57,229 bases of DNA from IMG/VR virus record IMGVR_UViG_3300017783_000023, positions 1 to 57,229 of that record, one strand, 5' to 3'. Below, one piece after another: positions 1 to 8,682 of this stretch. The DNA is from a virus. Lineage: Duplodnaviria > Caudoviricetes. How positions within the stretch are numbered: position 1 is the first letter of the stretch; each line of letters begins with the position of its first letter. Below the pieces are notes generated by a model. The model was not told where the DNA came from, made no database searches, and was given only the letters and a program-made list of their open reading frames with translations. The translations under genes and the position numbers were made by a program.

Positions 1-75
1 GAGCAGGTAGATATCATTGCTCATGAGGAGGAGCGTATTGCAGTCCTTGCAAAGCACTTTGACGCTAATGAATAG
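1..75 (+). CDS. 3' end of hypothetical protein (truncated by window edge)
   Basis: Open frame from base 1 (EQVDIIAHEEERIAVLAKHFDANE) to TAG at 73-75. Confidence 0.6.
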   Translation, partial: EQVDIIAHEEERIAVLAKHFDANE

Positions 76-145
76 AGGATGTTGTGGTGCTGGATGTCCA
101 GACTGTCCATTCAGACCACCTCCTAGACCGACCACCACTCCTTGA
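68..145 (+). CDS. 25-aa Cys-rich micropeptide (RGCCGAGCPDCPF, DUF5522-like motif)
   Basis: ATG at 68 overlaps the previous gene end; MNRGCCGAGCPDCPFRPPPRPTTTP*; not in the ORF track. Confidence 0.5.
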   Translation: MNRGCCGAGCPDCPFRPPPRPTTTP

Positions 146-160
146 CGGGGGTGGTTTTTT
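131..160 (+). terminator. Rho-independent terminator
   Basis: accactcc-ttgac-gggggtggt stem followed by a T-tract. Confidence 0.75.
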
Positions 161-170
161 ATTGTATGAT
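142..170 (+). promoter_or_regulatory. sigma70-type early promoter for the pur cluster
   Basis: TTGACG(142-147)-N17-TATGAT(165-170), 21 nt upstream of the purS ATG. Confidence 0.7.
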
Positions 171-191
171 GTCTTCAGGTAAATCAAACCA

Positions 192-467
192 ATGAAATTC
201 AAAGCATTAGTATTTGTCCGACTGAGATCACAGGTAGATGACTCACCAGGCAATGCCGTGAGAGATGCCTGCAAGAGATTGTCTGACTTAGACATCAAGA
301 AACTTAGACTTGGTAAGGTGATTGATGTCTGGTTGGAAGCAGAGTGTAGAGAGGAAGCAATCAAAGAGTTGAGTATGCTATCTGATAGATTCCTTGCTAA
401 CACAGTCATGGAAGACTGGGACTATGAATTGACCGAGATTAAAACTTTCCCTAAAGGTATTGAATAA
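192..467 (+). CDS. purS: Phosphoribosylformylglycinamidine synthase subunit PurS
   Basis: VFVRLRSQVDDSPGNAV...LRLGKVIDV...FLANTVMEDW matches the PurS pattern; next to purC and purM. Confidence 0.9.
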   Translation: MKFKALVFVRLRSQVDDSPGNAVRDACKRLSDLDIKKLRLGKVIDVWLEAECREEAIKELSMLSDRFLANTVMEDWDYELTEIKTFPKGIE

Positions 468-661
468 TGGATGATTTTAACACACCAGGATCCAATAAGT
501 CTTGGATGGATGATGGGTTTAAAAAGTATGCTGCTGAATGGCAACTTAATAATGTTGTGAGTTTATTGAATGCTGATGTAAAACGTTGTCGTGTATATAA
601 TAGTGACAACCGAGATGAAGTATATAATCAGGTTACTATTACATACAAACAGGAGGATTAA
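467..661 (+). CDS. hypothetical protein
   Basis: 64-aa ORF with TAATG overlaps at both ends. Confidence 0.7.
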   Translation: MDDFNTPGSNKSWMDDGFKKYAAEWQLNNVVSLLNADVKRCRVYNSDNRDEVYNQVTITYKQED

Positions 662-1359
662 TGGAAGTAATTATTGAAGGCAAGGTCAAGACTGTTTACC
701 AAGGTGACGATGCTGATCGTGTTATCATTGAGTATCATGATAAGGTGACTGCTGGCAACGGTGAGATGGTTGATCATCCACTGGGTAAGGGATCACTATG
801 CTGCAGTATCTCATCAATCATCTTTGAGAAACTTGCCAAGGAGCACATCCCAACTCACTATATCAATATGGTTGGTGCCAACAAGATGATCTGCAAGAAG
901 GTAGACATCGTTCCACTGGAGGTTATCTGTAGGAATCGTGCTGCTGGATCTATTGTTCGTGAGACAACTCTTCAAGAAGGTACTCCACTACCACAACCTA
1001 TTGTGGAGTTTTTTCTGAAGGATGATAGTAAGCACGACCCTCTCCTCACGAAGGATCGTGTGAAACTAATGGGTTATAATCCTGATCCTTTCATTGAGAT
1101 GACACTACGGATCAATGATTACCTTCGTAGTATGTTTTACATCATGGGCATTGATCTGGTTGACTTCAAGATTGAGTACGGTTATGATGCTCATGGTGAT
1201 CTGTATCTTGCTGATGAGATCAGTCCTGATAGTATGAGACTGTGGAAGATTGGTAGTGATGAGAGGTTTGATAAGGATCTATTCAGAAATGATGAGGGGG
1301 ATATCGTCCCTGCCTATCGTGAGATCCTTGACCGACTACAACCACTGGCAATCCAATGA
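661..1359 (+). CDS. purC: SAICAR synthetase
   Basis: EGKVK, PLEVICRNRAAGS, KDDSKHDP, LVDFKIEYG, LADEISPDSMRLW, DKDLFR motifs. Confidence 0.97.
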   Translation: MEVIIEGKVKTVYQGDDADRVIIEYHDKVTAGNGEMVDHPLGKGSLCCSISSIIFEKLAKEHIPTHYINMVGANKMICKKVDIVPLEVICRNRAAGSIVRETTLQEGTPLPQPIVEFFLKDDSKHDPLLTKDRVKLMGYNPDPFIEMTLRINDYLRSMFYIMGIDLVDFKIEYGYDAHGDLYLADEISPDSMRLWKIGSDERFDKDLFRNDEGDIVPAYREILDRLQPLAIQ

Positions 1360-1625
1360 AGCACCACGTCCCTGATATCATTAAGAAGAATGCATTTGCT
1401 TGCTTCACCAGTTTGAATCAAGCAGAGCGAGCAGTTGTTATGTTTGGTGATGAAGCATACCGTGAATCACTAGACCTTGACAATGATGATGCTGAGTGTT
1501 GGAAGATACCCAGCAGAGAGTCCACAACCTTTGTTGGTTGGAATCCTATGTGTGTCCCTACCATGGACTACATCGTATGGAAATTAAAAAACCGTGAAGG
1601 TATTATCAAAGGAGAAATTTATTAA
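1356..1625 (+). CDS. hypothetical cyanophage protein
   Basis: 89-aa ORF, ATGA overlap with purC. Confidence 0.7.
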   Translation: MKHHVPDIIKKNAFACFTSLNQAERAVVMFGDEAYRESLDLDNDDAECWKIPSRESTTFVGWNPMCVPTMDYIVWKLKNREGIIKGEIY

Positions 1626-1816
1626 TGGCACTATCTAATTCAGTTCAAGAATCGCTTGATGAAGCGGCAGGATCACTACGCAATGCCCTAGCATTTGCTG
1701 CTAGACAAGAGCGTCCTCTTGTTTGCAAAACAATTGCCAACTTGCTTAGTGAAGTTGAAAGCATTGGATCTTTTGACGAACTCCTTGATTCACTTACTGA
1801 TATTAAAAAGCAATGA
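1625..1816 (+). CDS. hypothetical cyanophage protein
   Basis: 63-aa ORF with GGAG SD, overlapping both neighbours. Confidence 0.7.
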   Translation: MALSNSVQESLDEAAGSLRNALAFAARQERPLVCKTIANLLSEVESIGSFDELLDSLTDIKKQ

Positions 1817-2751
1817 TGGACTATAAAACTTCTGGGGTTGATATTGTTAAAGGCCGATCCTTTACAGAGTATCTCAAGGTATTAGCACCTAGGATTGGTG
1901 GTTTCAATGGAATGATTCATGTCCCACCAGGATATGATCAACCCGTGTTAGTATCTGGTGCTGATGGCGTCGGCACTAAAATTAATATCTGTAGGATTGC
2001 TGATGATTACTCCACTATTGGTCAGGATCTCGTTGCTATGTGCGTCAATGACGTTATATGTTCTGGCGCTAAACCATTATATTTTCTAGACTATATCTCT
2101 ACCAAAACACTTGATGCTAATGTCAGTGACATTGTGTATGGTGTGGTTACTGGTTGTGGACTTTCTGGAATGGAATTGTTGGGTGGAGAAACTGCCGAGC
2201 ATTTTAGAACTAATGACTATGACCTTGCTGGTTTCTGCACTGGTGTTGTAGAGAAGAATGATATTGTTGATGGCAGTAACATCAGAGCAGGTGATGTAGT
2301 CATCGGCATTGAGAGTAGTGGACTTCATAGTAATGGATACACACTCATCAATGATATGCTGTGGAGAAATTATATTTACTACAAGGAGATGCCTGAGTTG
2401 CTAACACCAACCACCATCTATGCTGGTCTAATCCAACACCTATTAGATGAGGTTCCTATCCTAGGCATGGCACACATCACAGGTGGAGGACTGCCTGAGA
2501 ATCTCCCACGATGCCTTCCACATCATATGAATGTTGATGTTGATTGGTCTGCTTGGGAAAGACCAGAAGTATTTAATAAGATCCAGCAGGCAGGAGACAT
2601 TGCTGAGGAAGAGATGCGTAATGTATTCAATCTTGGGATTGGATTTTGTTTGGTGGTGCCACCAGACGTAGTAACATTAACTCAAGAATTGATTGCTGAT
2701 ACTCCACATGGCATGAGATCATGGGTCATTGGAGAAGTTGAGGTTTTATAA
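1813..2751 (+). CDS. purM: AIR synthetase (phosphoribosylformylglycinamidine cyclo-ligase)
   Basis: YKTSGVDI, DGVGTK, DLVAMCVND, GGETAE, SSGLHSNGY, AHITGGGL, FNLGIG motifs. Confidence 0.97.
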   Translation: MMDYKTSGVDIVKGRSFTEYLKVLAPRIGGFNGMIHVPPGYDQPVLVSGADGVGTKINICRIADDYSTIGQDLVAMCVNDVICSGAKPLYFLDYISTKTLDANVSDIVYGVVTGCGLSGMELLGGETAEHFRTNDYDLAGFCTGVVEKNDIVDGSNIRAGDVVIGIESSGLHSNGYTLINDMLWRNYIYYKEMPELLTPTTIYAGLIQHLLDEVPILGMAHITGGGLPENLPRCLPHHMNVDVDWSAWERPEVFNKIQQAGDIAEEEMRNVFNLGIGFCLVVPPDVVTLTQELIADTPHGMRSWVIGEVEVL

Positions 2752-2754
2752 ATA
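2747..2754 (+). promoter_or_regulatory. T4-type late promoter TATAAATA
   Basis: Exact gp55 consensus overlapping the purM stop. Confidence 0.7.
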
Positions 2755-2759
2755 AAGTA

Positions 2760-2840
2760 TATCGTCGCCGCTAATAGTTTACTGGCAAAACCCAGTGGAC
2801 TGTGCTATCTAAATAGAGGAGCAACTGCTCCTCCTTTTTA
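2760..2840 (+). ncRNA. candidate small structured RNA or leader
   Basis: Lies between a late promoter and a terminator; hairpin agtttactgg/ccagtggact (2776-2801). Confidence 0.4.
2816..2839 (+). terminator. Rho-independent terminator abutting the next ATG
   Basis: gaggagc-aact-gctcctc followed by cttttt; CTAAATA late-promoter variant at 2809-2815 immediately 5'. Confidence 0.7.
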
Positions 2841-5800
2841 ATGTCTGAGCACATTCGTAATTTAGTTGCTCGCTGCTACAATGTCACGGGTGTGGACATG
2901 GGTTTAGAACCCAACGCATTGGACGGACAGAATCCAGCGAGTGCTAACCTAGGCACTGGTGCATCTTCATCAGGTCCTGTCTCACCTGGTGGTGGTGATG
3001 GCACAGATCCAAATAATCAAGTAACACCAGCAGATATTATCCAACTGTTAGTTGGTAGATGTTACGCGCCTGATGCACCTATACCCAATGCACCTAACCC
3101 ACTAGACAAACTCTTCAGGACTACCCCAACTTTCCCAGCTGGTGGTGGTGATGGTGATGGTGATCCTGATGGTGGCGGTGGTGGACCAGGTGATGGTGGC
3201 GTCGGTAATCCTGACGGCACACTAGGAAACTATCCTCAACCCACTCCAGGAAGAGGAGATGGTGATCCCGATCCTGATACTACACCAAGGAGTCCTGCTG
3301 ATGTAATTGCAGGTCTGGTTGGTAGATGTTATCCTGACCTACCAAATCTAGAATTCCCAACGCCTGAAGTTACTGATACGTTTCCAGACACTACAACAAT
3401 AGAGATTGGCGTTGATCCTATTATATGTTACCTTACAGATGAGTTAGGTATAGAAATTCCTGGATTGGAGTGTAATCGCCAACCAGTGATTAAAATTCCA
3501 AATCCAACAACACCTGACGGACCATGGATTAGTAGTCCTGGTGATGATTGTGCAGAGATATTAAGACGTAAAGCAAAAGGTAAAGGATCTACTCTTAAGA
3601 AAGTCAAGAAGGGTAAGTACTTAATCAAAGGGAGCAAACCTAAGGAATATCTTTTCTGTGACGAAGGGGATCCCGACGATGATGGACCTGGTAAAAAATG
3701 GGAGAAGTGTGTAAGAGAAACCCTCAAGTGTACATTCACACCTTATATTGGTGGCGGGTGGCAACCTAGGAAAGCATCTTGTGAGGGGTATCATCCTCGT
3801 GGTTGGTCTGCTAATAAGACTCAGATCTGTGTTGATAACTGTTTCCCTGAGAGGGTAGCGATCTATGAGTCTGTTTCTGGCAGTGAATATAACTACCACC
3901 CTGGCAATCCTCCTAGTGGATATACTCTGACCAATTCTGATCCAGCATGGTATCTCCTGAAGGAAAAGATCTATGGATTTGATGGTGGTAAAGGTATCAA
4001 CGCTGAGATAGTCTGGGACATTGAGGAATTCTCATGTAGGTCTACTAACAGGTCAGGTGTTTGGAATGGAAATTATACTAGGTCTAAAGCAGGTAAGAAT
4101 TACTGGCCTGCTGGTGGTGTGAGTGCTAACAGTGGCACTGATGTCCTTGGTGATGAGTATACTGTCACTCTTCGCAGACAGAATTGTGAGATTGATGTAA
4201 GTGTCACCCCCATCTACTTTGCTGATGGACAGCAGAATGATGTTGATTCTAACTGGGCAATCACAGCATGGCGTGGTGAATTACCTACGGCAGGCACTAC
4301 GATCACACATACATTCAGTCCCTCAAGTGGAGGTAAACCAGCAAAATCAGACATAACTTTTAGTATTATCATCACTGGTCCTGGGCAAACTGATAAGACT
4401 ACAGGATTATTTAAGTATAAAGGAGACAACCCTCACGATTACTTCTTAACCACTAACCCTGGAGCACCTGATACTCCAGGTGCTGGTGAGCGATCTACTA
4501 TGGACGGTGCTGGAATGGTCTTCCATAGTATGTTAGGGTTCTGTTTCCAGCGTAAGGGTGATGGTATCTCATACCTTGGAGACCAGGAGAGGATGTGGGC
4601 ACTACATCGTTTCTATAATCCATCTACTGGAGACCATAGGTATACTATTGATGCTTGGTTTGGTGTCCCTGAGAGAATTTCTAGGAGTCGTTTTGGATAT
4701 CGTATACCTAAATCTATTAGTGTTGATCTGGTAGTCCGTCTGGATGTTGAGAAGGGATCAGCAGGATACGATAACTCTTTTGGATACTATCTTGCAAGTC
4801 CTGATGGTCCTCAGTGGGGCATGATTGTTGTGCCTAGTGCCAAGAGTGCGAAGGATTCTTTGGACGGTGGCAATGAGTATGCAACTGTCACTGTCCCTGC
4901 AGCAAAACTAGAACAGTATGCTGGTGGGACGATGGGATTTTTCCTCCTCCCTGATGGTAAAGGCCGGAACTCAGGGTTGAGTCAGAATCAGGAGATCGAC
5001 TTTAATTCTCATAGTAGTGGTTACGGTCCTGGTTTCCGTGGTAATGGGATTGGCACAGCAGAGAATGACTATACTCTCTTCTCCGATCGTGAATGGAATC
5101 CAGAAGATCAGAAGGACTTTACTAAGTGGAAGGGTGCCAATAGACAGATGTGGGAAGACCTCATCGATGGTGATGATGACTACGATGACTTGCATCTATG
5201 GCATCAAGTAGAGTGGTCAACATTCCCTGGATATATCTACGAGGGTGTGCAGTGTTGGGTCTATGATCAGGATCGTCCCGAGCCAATCAACATTAACATT
5301 AATCTAGAGCAGCAATGTGAGCAGAGAGATTTCAACACCAGTTTCGCTGATGTTACGATGACACGTCAGGGATGTGGTAGTGCATCTCCTGTTGTGTATG
5401 GTGAGTATGATCCAAACATAGACTGTAGTAAGTGCTCTGGTAGTGTCTCCCATGCTCAGGGTAGAAATCAAAAGATTACTTGTAAAACACCAGGCAAATA
5501 TAGAATTAAGTCTTACGGTGGCACTACAGGAGGGTCTTCAGGTGAAGGAATCCGATGGAGAATGACATTCAAAAAGAATGGTGTTGTGCTAACAAATCGT
5601 AGGTGGACTGGATCACATTGGCCAGCTATTGGTGGAGACATATATGATCAAGAGATTACTCTTGAGCGTGGGGATAAACTGCAGTTTAAATTGGATACTA
5701 TTATCAGTGGACCACCTACGGGGCAGGTGACACCTTACATCGGTATATTTAATGTTGATAAGGGTGAATTCTCATTCAACTTTGCTGTAACTTTAAACAC

Positions 5801-6959
5801 ACTTGCAGGTGATGATGCTCTGGCAGAGATATCTGCCCTCAGTGCCCTCCCTCAAACAGGTATTGGTACAGTGATGGGTCTAGACATGCAGTTTTATCCT
5901 ATGGCAGGTGCTGGTCAGGCTAGAGGTGGTGAGGGTAAACCTCGTGCTGGTAGTAATGTTGCTGACAGTTGGCATCAAAATGCCAAAGACAATAAGAAGT
6001 CACTCGGACCTAAGCAAGCAACAACTGAGGTAATAGTAAACGCTAATCCAGTAGCTATGCATGGGTTGCTGCAGCAAAATCCCTCAGTATTGGGTGGAAA
6101 TAATAGGAATCGACACAATCCATTGCTTCCTGACATCACTGGAGGTTATATTGACACAGGATATGTTGAAGATACTGAAGCATCTTATAGAAACGAAGGT
6201 AATAAGGGATTCCGTGTGCAGACATTTGGTGCTGACTATAGGGAGTTTCTCACTCGCCACTTGATTACTAAGTTTGAGACGGTTGGTGGCACACTTCCTC
6301 AGGCAGAAGAGTTTAAGAAGTCTTCTCCTATTCACTTCGCTAAGCAGGAACGTCCATGGTATATGGTAGGAGATCTTGAATCAACTGCAGCGTCAGTATA
6401 TGGAGGCACTGGTCAGAGTTTCTTCAGTCCTAATACATTCATACATGATTACTACCTAGATAATAATGCTGAAAGTGATAACATTACCGATGCTGCTGAG
6501 GCAGCTCAGTTAGCAAAGGTAAGAGTTGCATTCACATTCTATTCAACCAAAGGTGTGCCCGATGACAAAGATGATCCAGAAGGTGGTAATAAGTATGCCC
6601 CTAGATGGTTCTGTGCAATTTCTGTAATGAGTGTATTGCAATTCGGGACTGGGTATTCTAAGGGTCAGGAGTTTGATCTTCAATGGCCCCCTGAAAGATT
6701 GAGAAGTAATTCTAGGAGAGAAAACTATAGTCCATCAGAGGACGATGCAGTCTCTCCTTACTTCCCTGATCAGGTCCAGGATGAGCATGATCTTCCTAAG
6801 AAACTCAGAGCATTCTATGAGGGAAGTGAGGTCAAGAGGGTTGCTAAAGAATCTTTCTATCAGGAATCCCACAACAAAAACTCACCAGTATGGTATACTA
6901 GCTCTGTGCTTAACAAGCATCGTGTTAGATTTAAATTAATCATCAACCAAATAACGTAA
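2841..6959 (+). CDS. large virion structural or fibre-like protein with DUF4114-like domain
   Basis: 1372 aa; AGYDNSFGYY...WEDLIDGDDDYDDL (DUF4114-like), LHRFYNPSTGDHRYT repeat-type motif, Pro/Gly/Asp-rich N-terminus; late promoter upstream. Confidence 0.7.
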   Translation: MSEHIRNLVARCYNVTGVDMGLEPNALDGQNPASANLGTGASSSGPVSPGGGDGTDPNNQVTPADIIQLLVGRCYAPDAPIPNAPNPLDKLFRTTPTFPAGGGDGDGDPDGGGGGPGDGGVGNPDGTLGNYPQPTPGRGDGDPDPDTTPRSPADVIAGLVGRCYPDLPNLEFPTPEVTDTFPDTTTIEIGVDPIICYLTDELGIEIPGLECNRQPVIKIPNPTTPDGPWISSPGDDCAEILRRKAKGKGSTLKKVKKGKYLIKGSKPKEYLFCDEGDPDDDGPGKKWEKCVRETLKCTFTPYIGGGWQPRKASCEGYHPRGWSANKTQICVDNCFPERVAIYESVSGSEYNYHPGNPPSGYTLTNSDPAWYLLKEKIYGFDGGKGINAEIVWDIEEFSCRSTNRSGVWNGNYTRSKAGKNYWPAGGVSANSGTDVLGDEYTVTLRRQNCEIDVSVTPIYFADGQQNDVDSNWAITAWRGELPTAGTTITHTFSPSSGGKPAKSDITFSIIITGPGQTDKTTGLFKYKGDNPHDYFLTTNPGAPDTPGAGERSTMDGAGMVFHSMLGFCFQRKGDGISYLGDQERMWALHRFYNPSTGDHRYTIDAWFGVPERISRSRFGYRIPKSISVDLVVRLDVEKGSAGYDNSFGYYLASPDGPQWGMIVVPSAKSAKDSLDGGNEYATVTVPAAKLEQYAGGTMGFFLLPDGKGRNSGLSQNQEIDFNSHSSGYGPGFRGNGIGTAENDYTLFSDREWNPEDQKDFTKWKGANRQMWEDLIDGDDDYDDLHLWHQVEWSTFPGYIYEGVQCWVYDQDRPEPINININLEQQCEQRDFNTSFADVTMTRQGCGSASPVVYGEYDPNIDCSKCSGSVSHAQGRNQKITCKTPGKYRIKSYGGTTGGSSGEGIRWRMTFKKNGVVLTNRRWTGSHWPAIGGDIYDQEITLERGDKLQFKLDTIISGPPTGQVTPYIGIFNVDKGEFSFNFAVTLNTLAGDDALAEISALSALPQTGIGTVMGLDMQFYPMAGAGQARGGEGKPRAGSNVADSWHQNAKDNKKSLGPKQATTEVIVNANPVAMHGLLQQNPSVLGGNNRNRHNPLLPDITGGYIDTGYVEDTEASYRNEGNKGFRVQTFGADYREFLTRHLITKFETVGGTLPQAEEFKKSSPIHFAKQERPWYMVGDLESTAASVYGGTGQSFFSPNTFIHDYYLDNNAESDNITDAAEAAQLAKVRVAFTFYSTKGVPDDKDDPEGGNKYAPRWFCAISVMSVLQFGTGYSKGQEFDLQWPPERLRSNSRRENYSPSEDDAVSPYFPDQVQDEHDLPKKLRAFYEGSEVKRVAKESFYQESHNKNSPVWYTSSVLNKHRVRFKLIINQIT

Positions 6960-6961
6960 TT

Positions 6962-7369
6962 ATGTCAGTAGGATTTGGAGAAGAGAGGGCAGCAAGATCA
7001 CTTGAGAAGTCCTCCCGTGAATTAAAAGCACTCCGTAGGGTCATCGAAAAATATAAGGATGATCCTAAAGGACGTATTAAAATGATGAAGAAGATGAAGA
7101 AGTATTGGAGATCTAATCTCTCGATTGTTGATGGCATGGACCACAAACCGCAGACTACTGAGGACTTTGGTGGTGGGTTTGTCCCTGTAGGTATGGTTGA
7201 TGATCTAGAATGGATCAAGAAGACCATGGGTGTGGATGTTGAAAGCGAGGAGAGAGGGGAAGAATATGAAGAAAGTCTAACGGATGAGCAAATATCAGGA
7301 GTCCGTGATATGATAATCAAGTCCAAGCAACCGATCGGGGAAGATGATCAACCTACACCAGAAGTATAA
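6962..7369 (+). CDS. hypothetical cyanophage protein
   Basis: 135-aa ORF directly after the structural gene. Confidence 0.75.
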   Translation: MSVGFGEERAARSLEKSSRELKALRRVIEKYKDDPKGRIKMMKKMKKYWRSNLSIVDGMDHKPQTTEDFGGGFVPVGMVDDLEWIKKTMGVDVESEERGEEYEESLTDEQISGVRDMIIKSKQPIGEDDQPTPEV

Positions 7370-7562
7370 TCACTATCTAAAAACTGATAAGATTCTGGAT
7401 GAAGGTGGTGTCCACGAGAAGGTTATCACCTACGGGTGGACGGACGATGGTAAAGAGTTAACTGGTTACTATGTCTTGACAGAATGCCACGCTCTATACT
7501 ATAATTTAAAGGAAGAGTTGATCGATAAGGAAAACCGTTGTCCAACTGGCACAAGGCGTTGA
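7344..7562 (+). CDS. hypothetical protein
   Basis: 72-aa ORF with GGGGA SD. Confidence 0.65.
   Translation: MINLHQKYNHYLKTDKILDEGGVHEKVITYGWTDDGKELTGYYVLTECHALYYNLKEELIDKENRCPTGTRR
7476..7505 (+). promoter_or_regulatory. sigma70-type promoter
   Basis: TTGACA(7476-7481)-N18-TATAAT(7500-7505). Confidence 0.6.
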
Positions 7563-7589
7563 CCTTTTAAAGAAAAACTCTTATAAATA
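7559..7589 (+). promoter_or_regulatory. composite sigma70/late promoter
   Basis: TTGACC(7559-7564)-N17-TATAAA; the -10 box is part of TATAAATA(7582-7589). Confidence 0.6.
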
Positions 7590-7688
7590 AATCGCTCTGG
7601 TCTTTACAGAGTGTAACAAACGGGACAAGTCGATGTCTCTATTCATCTGCGGGTAACCATTCCGCAAGTAACTAAAGGTAAAAAACTA

Positions 7689-8060
7689 ATGATCAAATCT
7701 GTATTCGCAGCAACCGCTGCTCTGTCCATGTCCGCTGGCGCTGCCCTTGCAGGTCCTTATGTTAACGTGGAAGCCAACTCTGGTTTCACGGGATCGGATT
7801 ACAACGGAACAAATACTGACCTTCACGTAGGTTATGAAGGCGCTCTGGGTGAGTCTGCTTCTTACTACGTCCAAGCAGGCGCTACTGTGCTCTCCCCTGA
7901 CACTGGCGAAGGCGAGACTGTCCCTTCTGGTAAGGCAGGCGTTGGCGTTGCCCTTACGGACGCTCTGGGTGCCTATGGCGAGATCAGTTTCGTTGGCAGT
8001 GGTGACAGCAACATCGACCGTGGATACGGTACGAAGTTGGGTGTGAAGTATTCCTTCTGA
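7689..8060 (+). CDS. small outer-membrane beta-barrel (porin-like) protein, host-like
   Basis: Signal peptide (MIKSVFAATAALSMSAGAALA), amphipathic beta strands, C-terminal GVKYSF. Confidence 0.75.
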   Translation: MIKSVFAATAALSMSAGAALAGPYVNVEANSGFTGSDYNGTNTDLHVGYEGALGESASYYVQAGATVLSPDTGEGETVPSGKAGVGVALTDALGAYGEISFVGSGDSNIDRGYGTKLGVKYSF

Positions 8061-8091
8061 TATATAATATACGGAATCTGATGCTTTCGTT

Positions 8092-8113
8092 GGGTCCTTA
8101 GGGACCCTTTTTT
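8092..8113 (+). terminator. Rho-independent terminator
   Basis: gggtcct-ta-gggaccc followed by tttttt. Confidence 0.8.
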
Positions 8114-8134
8114 ATTCAGCAATTTTAAAACATT

Positions 8135-8383
8135 ATGGCAGCGCCAAAATCAACAGCAATTTACTCACGTCCTGGGTGTCCTTTCTGCACAAAGATTAAA
8201 GAAGTATATCGAATGAAGGGATGGTCCTTCTCAGAGTTTGTTTTGAATGTTAACTTTACTAGGCAGCAATTCTATGCTGAGTTTGGTAATGGAGCAACCT
8301 TCCCACAGGTAATCATTAACGGACAGAAGATGGGAGGAGCAACTGAAACAGTCAAGTATCTGAGAGAATCAAAACTACTGTGA
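8135..8383 (+). CDS. nrdC: glutaredoxin (NrdC-like)
   Basis: CPFC active site, TFPQV, GG motif. Confidence 0.9.
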   Translation: MAAPKSTAIYSRPGCPFCTKIKEVYRMKGWSFSEFVLNVNFTRQQFYAEFGNGATFPQVIINGQKMGGATETVKYLRESKLL

Positions 8384-8427
8384 AGGATCACACAACCCAC
8401 TAAATAGTTTCAATATCGGAGGCATCA

Positions 8428-8664
8428 ATGGCTGATCTTACGTTTCTATACATTGCCTTCTTCCTTACTCTAGGAGCATTCCTCCTAGGGTTTATCTCAT
8501 CCTGGAATCTGAAGTCAATTTTTGACGAGTGGAAAGAGCGAGCAGAGTATGCTGCTGTCGTCATGCATCCTGAGATGTATGATGATGACGGTGAGTTGAC
8601 AGATCAACCACTCTACTACTTGCGCTTCCACGAAGAAGATGATATGATTGATGATGAGGACTAA
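8428..8664 (+). CDS. small membrane protein (DUF2973-like)
   Basis: N-terminal TM helix, HPEMYDDDG motif; CTAAATA at 8400-8406 and GGAGG SD. Confidence 0.7.
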   Translation: MADLTFLYIAFFLTLGAFLLGFISSWNLKSIFDEWKERAEYAAVVMHPEMYDDDGELTDQPLYYLRFHEEDDMIDDED

Positions 8665-8682
8665 ACTCTACCTGAAATAACT

